Shown: piece after piece, positions 9,731-18,243 of the stretch
How the letters are laid out: each line of letters opens with the position of its first letter
Position numbering within the stretch: the stretch's first letter is position 1
Assembly (NCBI GenBank): GCA_944326155.1
Contig: CALVCV010000005.1
Coordinates: 2,107 to 66,106, forward strand
DNA length: 64,000 nucleotides
Source: an uncultured Bacilli bacterium
GTDB taxonomy: Bacteria > Bacillota_I > Bacilli_A > ML615J-28 > CAG-313
Direction: 5' to 3'
Notes under the pieces: generated by a model
Seen by the model: only the letters and a program-made list of their open reading frames with translations
What the model was told of the DNA's origin: nothing
The model's database searches: none
Program-made: the position numbers and the translations under genes

Positions 9731-9768
9731 TGCAATACATTGCATTTTTTGTATAAATCTAGTATAAT
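9731..9768 (+). promoter_or_regulatory. SigA promoter of the 31-kb locus with a palindromic operator overlapping -35
   Basis: TTGCAT (9740-9745)-17-TATAAT (9763-9768); perfect inverted repeat TGCAAT-AC-ATTGCA at 9731-9744. Confidence 0.65.
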
Positions 9769-9798
9769 TAATATGCTTAAAATATTAATGGAGGCAAT

Positions 9799-10926
9799 AT
9801 GAAAATCAAATATTTAATGTTCATCGCTTTATTCATACCTCTTATGTTACTTTATGGTTGTAAAACTGAAACCAATTATGATGATAAAGTGAAAGTTATC
9901 TTTGAATTAGAAGGCGGAACCTATCAAAATTGTACATTACCAGTTGTACATTATTATGATAAAACAGATTCCAATATTTTAATTACAGATTTAACTGGTT
10001 TGACAGGTGCTGCTATTACCAGATCAGGATATACATTAGATGGATGGTATCAAAAGAAAGTTGAAAATGATGGTGTTATAACTTATCAGGATAAGTGGGA
10101 TTTTGATCGTGACACCATTGATAATACTGGAATTACACTATATGCCTTTTGGAAAAAAGATATCAAATATACATATCAAGTATGTTATTACGATGAAAAC
10201 AATGAGATAGTTGTATTAGATTCTTATTCGGTAAATCAAGGTGACAAATTTAAAGATTACGCCAACTATGCAAATACTAGATATGGATATACAGCAATTG
10301 GTTTTAAAGATGCTGATGGCAACGTTTGGGATGAAGAATTTACACATCCAGGTGGAGAAACTGATTTAGCTATTCGCGTATTTGTTGAGTATATTGAAGG
10401 GGATTTTGCAATTGTTAAAAATGCAAATGACTTAAGAATCAATAAGTCAAAAAATATTTATTTAGCAAATGATATTGATTTAGAAGGCGAAGCATTCTCT
10501 TTCACTGACTATAAAGGTATCTTTATGGGCAATGGATATAAAGTTACTAATTTCAAAGTCAACTATGATGCGACAAGAAATGGATTAATTGATGATTTTA
10601 ATGATCCGAGCGTTAAGAGTTTGACAATTAGTTTATTTGGAAATATTAGCAACGCAACAATTCAAGATGTTATATTTGAAAATGTAACAATTGATATTAA
10701 GACGAGTTTGTCTTTGATTCAAAATATATATGTTGCACCTATTGCAATGACTAGTAAAAATTCTAAATTAACTAATGTTACGTTTAGTGGAAAATTGATT
10801 TGTACAACTTTGCCAAAAGATTTCGATATTGAAAGTAACTTGATTGTTATTGAAAATGCCCCTGTTTATAAATTAGACAAAGATACAACAATTACAAATA
10901 ATGAAATCAATTTAATATTAGAATAA
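9799..10926 (+). CDS. Lipoprotein with InlB B-repeat (Flg_new)-like domains and a C-terminal GLUG-like beta-helix
   Basis: Lipobox LLYGC; TRSGYTLDGWY...WDF..TLYAFW; IYLANDIDL..FMGNGYKVTNF..LFG..ATIQDVIFENV. Confidence 0.75.
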   Translation: MKIKYLMFIALFIPLMLLYGCKTETNYDDKVKVIFELEGGTYQNCTLPVVHYYDKTDSNILITDLTGLTGAAITRSGYTLDGWYQKKVENDGVITYQDKWDFDRDTIDNTGITLYAFWKKDIKYTYQVCYYDENNEIVVLDSYSVNQGDKFKDYANYANTRYGYTAIGFKDADGNVWDEEFTHPGGETDLAIRVFVEYIEGDFAIVKNANDLRINKSKNIYLANDIDLEGEAFSFTDYKGIFMGNGYKVTNFKVNYDATRNGLIDDFNDPSVKSLTISLFGNISNATIQDVIFENVTIDIKTSLSLIQNIYVAPIAMTSKNSKLTNVTFSGKLICTTLPKDFDIESNLIVIENAPVYKLDKDTTITNNEINLILE

Positions 10927-10943
10927 AAAAGGAGAAACAAATA

Positions 10944-13583
10944 ATGAAAAATAGAGTATTTCATACTAGATTAATCATTGTATTAGCAATGATTGCTACA
11001 ACACTTTTTGTTACTGGTTGTAACTGTAAGAGTTGTAAAAAAAATGACGATAAGAAATATTACAACAATGAAAACGATTCGCTTGTTTTTTCAAGCCAAG
11101 AATTAGATAAAGTTTTTAATCCTTTCTTCTCAACTACTGCTCCTGATAGCAATGTTGTAGGTATGACCCAAATGGGTATGTTAGGAAATGATAAAGATGG
11201 TAACCCAACTTGGGGCGATAATGAGGGTGTTGTGACTAAAGATTTACAAATTGTAACACAAGGTACACCTGATGTTGACCAAACAACTACATATTACTTT
11301 GTTTTAAAAAATAATGTAAAGTTTTCTAATGGAAGCCCTCTAACAATTAAAGATGTTCTTTTTAATCTTTATGTTTATCTAGATCCTGCATATACGGGTT
11401 CAAGTACAATCTATTCTACTGATATTGTTGGTTTAAAGGAATATCGTACACAAGAAGCAGATGAAAATGAACAAGATAGTTTCAAAGTAAAATTCCAAAT
11501 CGAAGCTGAAGCAAGAATCCAAGCTTTAGTTGATGCGTCAATTGAAATTTTTGATCAAAATACTGGTGCTAATTTAACTGAACAATCATTTAGAACATTA
11601 CTTGGTGAATATGCTTTAGAATTTGCTGATATTTCAGATAACTTTGTTAATATCGTAAAAGATTATGATAAAGCACGTGAATTATTCAAAGAAGAATTGA
11701 ACACTGATTATACAAATGCGATTGATACATATGAAGATATTACTTTCTCAGATAGAAGCGGTAAAGTTTATAAAAATTTATTAACAACTGATGTTGAGGC
11801 ATTTTTATATAATGAAGGATATTTAAACTGGAATAAAGAAGAAGCAACCCTTGTTTCTAGCTTAGTTAATGATCCTTCAGTTTTGAAGGGTTGGACAAAA
11901 GAACAAGCAATTAATACAATTTATGCTGATAAAATTCCTAACGCTATTGAAGAAGTAGTTTTATATTGGAATACATCCGTTAAATTAAATGATTTTTTAG
12001 TAAATGAAGCAATGGAAAATTATTTCCAAAATAATTCAGATAAACAATTTCCTAATATTTCGGGTATTCAATTTGCAAATAGAACTGAAAGCGTAGTTGT
12101 CAATGGTACAACTTATAATATTCCAACTTACAATGCTGATGGTTCCGTAAAAGATGGCAATGAAGTATTAAGTATTACTATTCATGATATTGACCCTAAA
12201 GCAATTTGGAATTTTGCTTTTAGTGTTGCACCAATGTACTATTATTCTGATGCTGAACACATTGCTAAATTTGACTATGTTGCTAACTTTGGTGTTGAAT
12301 ATGGTTCACAAACATTTATGAACCAAGTTGTAAATAGCCCTGATAAAGTAGGCGTTCCAGTTGGTGCTGGTCCATATGCTGCAAGTAAATCAAGTGGTGG
12401 AATTGAAAATATTAAAGCAGGAGATTTCTATGATTTAGGTGTTGTATATTTTGAGAGAAATCCATATTATGTTTTAGGTCCTGCTAAAATTAAAAAAGTA
12501 CGTTTGCAAGTTGTTTCTGCATCTCAAATGTTAAATTCGTTATATAATGGTCAAATTGATTTTATTGAACCAAATGCTAAACCAGAAACAATTGATGAAT
12601 TAGATGACAAAAAAGAAGACGGAATAGGTAATAAATCCGTTCAAACTTCTGGATATGGTTATATTGGTATTAACGCTGGTAAAGTGCCTGATCTTGCAGT
12701 AAGACAAGTAATTATGCATACTATTAATACACAAGAATGTGTAAATTATTATAAGACTACTGCAACAGCGATTTATCGTTCAATGTCACTATCAAGTTGG
12801 GCATATCCAGATGGCGCAACAGCATATTATCCATTTATCGGTGGCGCTATTCCTGAAGATTTAAATGTTGTAAATCCTGCTTATCGAAATTATGTATTAT
12901 CACTTGGTAAAAAAGCTGGTGATAAACTTACTGAAGCTGAACAAGAAGCCTTTATTAAACAACAAGTAGAAGGTGCTGGTTATACTTTAAATGCAAATGG
13001 TGTTTATTATAAAGGTAATAATGTATTAAAATATACATTTACAATTGCTGGTGAAGAAACAGATCATCCGGCATGGCAAGCAATGTTCCACTCAAGTGAA
13101 ATATTAAATAAAGTTGGATTCCAAATCAATGTTACAACTGATGCACAAGCTTTATCTAAACTTTCAAGTGGTGAATTAACTGTATGGGCAGCTGCATGGG
13201 GATCAACAATTGATCCTGATATGTATCAAGTTTATCATAAAGATTCTAACGCTACTTCAGTACTTAACTGGGGCTATAAACAAATTCTTTTAAATGCTGG
13301 TGGTAAATATGATACAGAGGTTGCTTTAATTAATCAATTATCTGATTTAATTGATGCTGGTCGTGAGACAAATGATCAAGATGAGCGTGCTGCAATATAT
13401 TCACGTGCTCTTGATATTGTTATGCAATTGGCAATTGAACTTCCTACATATCAACGTAATGATTTATTTGCATATAACACAAATAAGATTGATGTTGATT
13501 CACTTACACCAGATGCAAACCTTTCTCCATATAAAGGATTAACAAGTGATTTACATCTTGTATCATTGGTAGTAGAAAAATAA
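10944..13583 (+). CDS. oppA: Oligopeptide ABC transporter substrate-binding lipoprotein (family 5), unusually long (879 aa)
   Basis: Lipobox FVTGC; VKFSNGSPLTIKDVLF, PVGAGPY, YGYIGIN, R.AIY..A..I...A.ELP; followed by oppBCDF. Confidence 0.88.
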   Translation: MKNRVFHTRLIIVLAMIATTLFVTGCNCKSCKKNDDKKYYNNENDSLVFSSQELDKVFNPFFSTTAPDSNVVGMTQMGMLGNDKDGNPTWGDNEGVVTKDLQIVTQGTPDVDQTTTYYFVLKNNVKFSNGSPLTIKDVLFNLYVYLDPAYTGSSTIYSTDIVGLKEYRTQEADENEQDSFKVKFQIEAEARIQALVDASIEIFDQNTGANLTEQSFRTLLGEYALEFADISDNFVNIVKDYDKARELFKEELNTDYTNAIDTYEDITFSDRSGKVYKNLLTTDVEAFLYNEGYLNWNKEEATLVSSLVNDPSVLKGWTKEQAINTIYADKIPNAIEEVVLYWNTSVKLNDFLVNEAMENYFQNNSDKQFPNISGIQFANRTESVVVNGTTYNIPTYNADGSVKDGNEVLSITIHDIDPKAIWNFAFSVAPMYYYSDAEHIAKFDYVANFGVEYGSQTFMNQVVNSPDKVGVPVGAGPYAASKSSGGIENIKAGDFYDLGVVYFERNPYYVLGPAKIKKVRLQVVSASQMLNSLYNGQIDFIEPNAKPETIDELDDKKEDGIGNKSVQTSGYGYIGINAGKVPDLAVRQVIMHTINTQECVNYYKTTATAIYRSMSLSSWAYPDGATAYYPFIGGAIPEDLNVVNPAYRNYVLSLGKKAGDKLTEAEQEAFIKQQVEGAGYTLNANGVYYKGNNVLKYTFTIAGEETDHPAWQAMFHSSEILNKVGFQINVTTDAQALSKLSSGELTVWAAAWGSTIDPDMYQVYHKDSNATSVLNWGYKQILLNAGGKYDTEVALINQLSDLIDAGRETNDQDERAAIYSRALDIVMQLAIELPTYQRNDLFAYNTNKIDVDSLTPDANLSPYKGLTSDLHLVSLVVEK

Positions 13584-13601
13584 AAATATTTAATTTTAAT
13601 G

Positions 13602-13670
13602 AGGAGGAAGTGCTTTAAATTTATTGTTATATATACTATAACTTAATTTATGGGCACTTTTCTCCTTTTT
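13602..13670 (+). terminator. Long intergenic stem-loop between oppA and oppB (partial terminator / mRNA stabiliser)
   Basis: AGGAGGAAGTGCTT pairs (with G-U) with GGGCACTTTTCTCCT, followed by a T-run. Confidence 0.6.
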
Positions 13671-13687
13671 ATCATAAGGAGACATAA

Positions 13688-14695
13688 ATGTTAAAATATA
13701 TCGTAAAACGTTTATTTATATCGATATTTGTATTATTAGGCGTTTCTATTATCATTTATACAATGGTAAGACTTATGCCTACCAATTATGTTGATATCAA
13801 ATATTCGTCACAATTGCAATCTGGAGCAATCAATCAAGAAGACATCGATCGATTTAAAGAACTATATGGTATTGGTGATAATTCATTTAAAGGTATCGTA
13901 ACCGGTTATGTAAAATGGCTTGGCAACTTATGCAAAGGTGATTTAGGTAATTCGTTTAAATATACTAAACCAGTAGCTGACGTTATTAGCGAAAATATGT
14001 GGATTTCTTTTGCCATTGCTGTTATAGCAACTATTCTACAGTTTCTAATTGCCATTCCTTTGGGTATATCAAGTGCTACGCATCAATATTCGATTCGTGA
14101 TTATACCGTTACGGTTTTTACGATGATTGGAATTTCCTTACCAACATACTTTTTTGCGGCAATTGTGATAAAAATATTTTCGGTTAATTTGGGATGGTTC
14201 CCTTCAAATGGTTTGATTTATGCATCTAAAGATTATGCGGATACTTTTATTGGCGGTTTAACTAAGTTTGGTGATATTGCTCGTCACTTGGTTTTACCAA
14301 TTTCAGTTAGTGTTATTTTGTCTATTGGTGGATTGATGAGATATACAAGAACAAATACACTTGAAGTATTGAATGCTGATTATATTCGAACAGCACGTGC
14401 GAAAGGGTTATCAGAAAAGAAAGTAATTTATAAGCATGCTTTCAGAAATACGATGATTCCACTTGCAACTTTACTTGCTGGTATTTTACCATCACTATTT
14501 GGTGGTATGATGATTACAGAACAAGTTTTTGGTATTGATGGTATAGGACGTCTTGCTTATCAAGCCTTAAGAGAAGGTGATATTCCATTTGTAATGGGAT
14601 ATAATATGTTCCTTGCTGTTTTAACAGTTATAGGTACTTTGTTTTCTGATATCATGTATTCAATAGTCGACCCACGTGTTAAGTTAGGTAAATAG
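13688..14695 (+). CDS. oppB: Oligopeptide ABC transporter permease
   Basis: MLKYIVKRL start, GDLGNSF, EAA loop DYIRTARAKGL, ends DPRV. Confidence 0.93.
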   Translation: MLKYIVKRLFISIFVLLGVSIIIYTMVRLMPTNYVDIKYSSQLQSGAINQEDIDRFKELYGIGDNSFKGIVTGYVKWLGNLCKGDLGNSFKYTKPVADVISENMWISFAIAVIATILQFLIAIPLGISSATHQYSIRDYTVTVFTMIGISLPTYFFAAIVIKIFSVNLGWFPSNGLIYASKDYADTFIGGLTKFGDIARHLVLPISVSVILSIGGLMRYTRTNTLEVLNADYIRTARAKGLSEKKVIYKHAFRNTMIPLATLLAGILPSLFGGMMITEQVFGIDGIGRLAYQALREGDIPFVMGYNMFLAVLTVIGTLFSDIMYSIVDPRVKLGK

Positions 14696-14703
14696 GTGAA
14701 AAT

Positions 14704-15744
14704 ATGGAAAAAATCAAAGAAATTAAAGAAGAAATTATGAACCAAGAAGAAAATCTTTCAGAAGAAATGGTTAAAGAAATGAGCCCTTTAAGACTTATTT
14801 TAAGAAGATTTTTTCGTTCAAAATTATCATTAGTAGGTATTATCTTAATTGCTGCTTTATTTATATTTTCGTTTTTAGGCCCTGTGTTTTATCAAAAATG
14901 GGGTGAAATAACAGTTGACAGGAGTCAAATTATTCAAGAAATTGAAACTACACATACTTTTACTGATGCTTCAGGTAATGAAGTAACAGTCATTCAAGTA
15001 TTACAACATGTTAATGAAATTAACGACTATGCAAATCCTAGTAAAGAACACTTACTTGGAACTGATGATAAAGGAATGGATATTTTTGTAAGACTAATGT
15101 ATGGCGGAAGAATTTCCTTAACTATAGGTTTTATTGTTGTTATTTTAGAAACTTTAATAGGAATTGTTCTAGGAGGAATTGCTGGATATTTTGGTGGTTG
15201 GATAGATCAATTAATTATGAGAATTGTAGATATTTTTAATTGTATACCTACACTACCTATTTTATTGATTGCTTCTGCCATGATTGAATCTTGGGAATTA
15301 GATCCTGATCAAAATATTTATATTTTAATGGTTATTATAACTATTTTTGGTTGGAGTGGTGTTGCTCGTTTAGTTAGAGGCCAAATTTTATCTCTTCGTG
15401 AACAAGAGTATATTACTGCTACTGAAGTTATGGGACTTTCAGTTTGGCGTCGAATCTTCAAACATTTAATTCCCAATGTTATGCCACAGTTAATTGTTAG
15501 TATGACACTTGGATTAGGTAGTGTTATTCTTTATGAATCAACACTTAGTTATTTAGGATTAGGTGTGCAATTACCAAAGGCTGCATGGGGTACTATGATT
15601 TCTACGGCAAATGATCCACAAGTTTTAAATTATCATATGAATATGTGGTTACCAGCAGGTTTTATGATTGTAATCGCTGTATTAGGATTTAATTTTATTG
15701 GTGATGGTCTTCGTGATGCGATGGATCCAAAGGCTAAAAAGTAG
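14704..15744 (+). CDS. oppC: Oligopeptide ABC transporter permease
   Basis: HLLGTDDKGMD, RGQILSLREQEY, HLIPN, GDGLRDAMDP. Confidence 0.93.
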   Translation: MEKIKEIKEEIMNQEENLSEEMVKEMSPLRLILRRFFRSKLSLVGIILIAALFIFSFLGPVFYQKWGEITVDRSQIIQEIETTHTFTDASGNEVTVIQVLQHVNEINDYANPSKEHLLGTDDKGMDIFVRLMYGGRISLTIGFIVVILETLIGIVLGGIAGYFGGWIDQLIMRIVDIFNCIPTLPILLIASAMIESWELDPDQNIYILMVIITIFGWSGVARLVRGQILSLREQEYITATEVMGLSVWRRIFKHLIPNVMPQLIVSMTLGLGSVILYESTLSYLGLGVQLPKAAWGTMISTANDPQVLNYHMNMWLPAGFMIVIAVLGFNFIGDGLRDAMDPKAKK

Positions 15745-15752
15745 GTGTAATA

Positions 15753-16940
15753 ATGGCTAAAGAAAATACGAAAAAGAATTCAAATTATATATCTATCAAA
15801 GAAAGCCGTAAAATTTTAAAGTATAATATTCAACAAATGAAATATTATGAAAAATTAAAACAACAAAAACGCGATGAATCTGAATATATCACACGAATGA
15901 AAGATCCCAATAATATTATTGAAATTGAAAATTTAAAAACTTGCTTTTTTACAGATAATGGTACGGTTATGTCAGTTAATGGTGTTTCTTTTTCTATTCC
16001 TAAAAATAAAATTGTTGGAGTTGTTGGTGAGTCAGGCTGTGGAAAGAGTGTAACTTCTTTATCTATTATGCAACTTGTACAAGCTCCTCAAGGACAAATT
16101 ATTGGTGGTGAGATTCGTTTTAATGATGAAAAATTAGGCTATTTTGAAGATGGTAGTAAAAAAGCATATGATATAACAAAGATGCCCACTAAAGAAATTC
16201 ATAAAATTAGAGGCGAGGATATAACAATGATTTTCCAAGAACCAATGACAAGTTTAAATCCGGTTTTTACAATTGGAAATCAATTAGATGAAGTTAGTTT
16301 TATTCATAATAAAGATATGTCTAAAGAAGAAGTAAAAAAACATAGTATTGAAATGCTAACCAAGGTTGGTATTTCAATGCCAGAACATGTCTATGAAAGT
16401 TATCCTCATGAGTTATCAGGAGGCATGAGACAGCGTGTTATGATTGCTATGGCACTTGCAGGAAGTCCAAAATTAATTATTGCGGATGAACCAACAACAG
16501 CCTTAGATGTTACTATTCAAGCACAAATTTTAGAATTATTAAAAGATTTACAAAAACAAGTAGGTTGTTCTATTATGTTAATTACACATGATTTAGGTGT
16601 GATTGCTGAAATGGCAGATGAAGTTGTTGTTATGTATGCAGGTCGTGTAATTGAAAAAGGAACTGTTCAAGAAATTTTTCATAATCCTTTACATCCATAT
16701 ACAATTGGTCTACAAAAGAGTAAACCGCTTATTACTTCTAATTCTAATGAACCATTATATTCGATACCTGGTCAAGTACCAAGTTTGATTAATTTACCAG
16801 ATCATTGTTATTTCAAAAATCGTTGTATAAAATGCACTGAAAAATGTAGTGGTAAGTATCCTAAATTAGTTCAAGTTACAGATACACACTATGTTTCATG
16901 CTATTTGTATGAAAAAAAAGGAGGAAAATTAAGTGGATGA
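15753..16940 (+). CDS. oppD: Oligopeptide ABC transporter ATPase with ~50-aa N-terminal extension
   Basis: GESGCGKS, FQEPMTSLNP, LSGGMRQR, HPYT, C-terminal Cys cluster. Confidence 0.93.
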   Translation: MAKENTKKNSNYISIKESRKILKYNIQQMKYYEKLKQQKRDESEYITRMKDPNNIIEIENLKTCFFTDNGTVMSVNGVSFSIPKNKIVGVVGESGCGKSVTSLSIMQLVQAPQGQIIGGEIRFNDEKLGYFEDGSKKAYDITKMPTKEIHKIRGEDITMIFQEPMTSLNPVFTIGNQLDEVSFIHNKDMSKEEVKKHSIEMLTKVGISMPEHVYESYPHELSGGMRQRVMIAMALAGSPKLIIADEPTTALDVTIQAQILELLKDLQKQVGCSIMLITHDLGVIAEMADEVVVMYAGRVIEKGTVQEIFHNPLHPYTIGLQKSKPLITSNSNEPLYSIPGQVPSLINLPDHCYFKNRCIKCTEKCSGKYPKLVQVTDTHYVSCYLYEKKGGKLSG

Positions 16941-18015
16941 AAAAAAAGAAATAATCTTACAAGTAAATGATTTAAAAAAATATTTTCCTCTAGATAAAAA
17001 TTTATTTGGAAAACCTGCAAGATACTTAAAAGCAGTTGATAACATTAGTTTTACCTTAGAAAAAGGGACAACGATTGGGATAGTAGGCGAATCTGGTTGT
17101 GGAAAAACAACTTTAGGTCGTACTATTTTAAAATTATATAACTCCGATGGTGGCTCTATTTTTTTTGCCGGCCAAGATATAACAAGATTATCAAAACATC
17201 AAATGCGTAAATATCGCACAAAAATGCAATTAATTTTTCAAGATCCTTACTCTAGTTTACCGCCTCGTATGACAGTTGGTAATATTATTTCAGAAGCAGT
17301 AAGAGTTCATAAAATTGTACCTAAAAAAGAAGTAGCAAAATATGTTCAAAACATAATGAAAAAGTGTGGTTTACCACCACAATATTATGATAGATATCCA
17401 CATGAATTTTCAGGTGGTCAAAGACAACGGATTTGTATTGCTAGAGCTCTTGCAGTAAAGCCAGAACTTATCATTTGTGATGAACCAGTTAGTGCCCTCG
17501 ACGTGTCTATTCAAGCACAAATTATTAATCTTTTAAAAGAATTACAAAAGAGTATGGGACTTACGTACGTTTTTATTTCACATGATTTATCCGTTGTTAA
17601 ATATATTACTGATCAAATTATGGTTATGTATTTAGGTAATGCGATGGAATTAGGCGAAACAGATGATATATTTGATAACCCATTACATCCTTATACACAA
17701 GCTTTATTTTCAGCTGTACCAGTACCTGATCCAGATGTAAAAATGCATAGAGTGATTTTAAATGGTGATATACCTTCACCTGCTAATCCTCCTAAAGGAT
17801 GTAAATTTCATACTAGATGTGCAAATTGTATGAAAGTTTGTCGGTATATGGAACCTAAATATATTGAAGTGACCAAGAAACATTTTGTCGCATGTCATTT
17901 ATACAATCAAGAAATTATGAATGATTTAGCATTCTATGATGCTGAATATGATCAAATATTACTTCAAGAACAACAAATGAAAGAACAAAAAGAAAAGAAG
18001 AATGAAAAAAAATAA
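16933..18015 (+). CDS. oppF: Oligopeptide ABC transporter ATPase
   Basis: GESGCGKTT, YPHEFSGGQRQR, HPYT, GCKFHTRC..VACH. Confidence 0.93.
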   Translation: MDEKKEIILQVNDLKKYFPLDKNLFGKPARYLKAVDNISFTLEKGTTIGIVGESGCGKTTLGRTILKLYNSDGGSIFFAGQDITRLSKHQMRKYRTKMQLIFQDPYSSLPPRMTVGNIISEAVRVHKIVPKKEVAKYVQNIMKKCGLPPQYYDRYPHEFSGGQRQRICIARALAVKPELIICDEPVSALDVSIQAQIINLLKELQKSMGLTYVFISHDLSVVKYITDQIMVMYLGNAMELGETDDIFDNPLHPYTQALFSAVPVPDPDVKMHRVILNGDIPSPANPPKGCKFHTRCANCMKVCRYMEPKYIEVTKKHFVACHLYNQEIMNDLAFYDAEYDQILLQEQQMKEQKEKKNEKK

Positions 18016-18226
18016 GAAATCAAAGTTTGTTGATGATGGAAGAACCATTTACAATATGGATGTTGATGGTCTTCCTAAAAGGAAAGAAAAAAATAAATTA
18101 AATTTAACCAAGGAAGAAAGAAAGTTAGTCATTCAAGCTGCAATTAAACATTATTTTCCAATTTTAATTGGTGTAATACTATGTTTCTTATTTGCAATGT
18201 TGCTTATAAAATGGTGGCTTGGATAA
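18002..18226 (+). CDS. Small membrane protein (DDGRTI motif, single C-terminal TM)
   Basis: Overlaps the oppF stop and fills the gap to the protease gene; charged N-terminus plus one hydrophobic helix. Confidence 0.7.
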   Translation: MKKNKKSKFVDDGRTIYNMDVDGLPKRKEKNKLNLTKEERKLVIQAAIKHYFPILIGVILCFLFAMLLIKWWLG

Positions 18227-18243
18227 TGTAACAGGAGGAAAAA

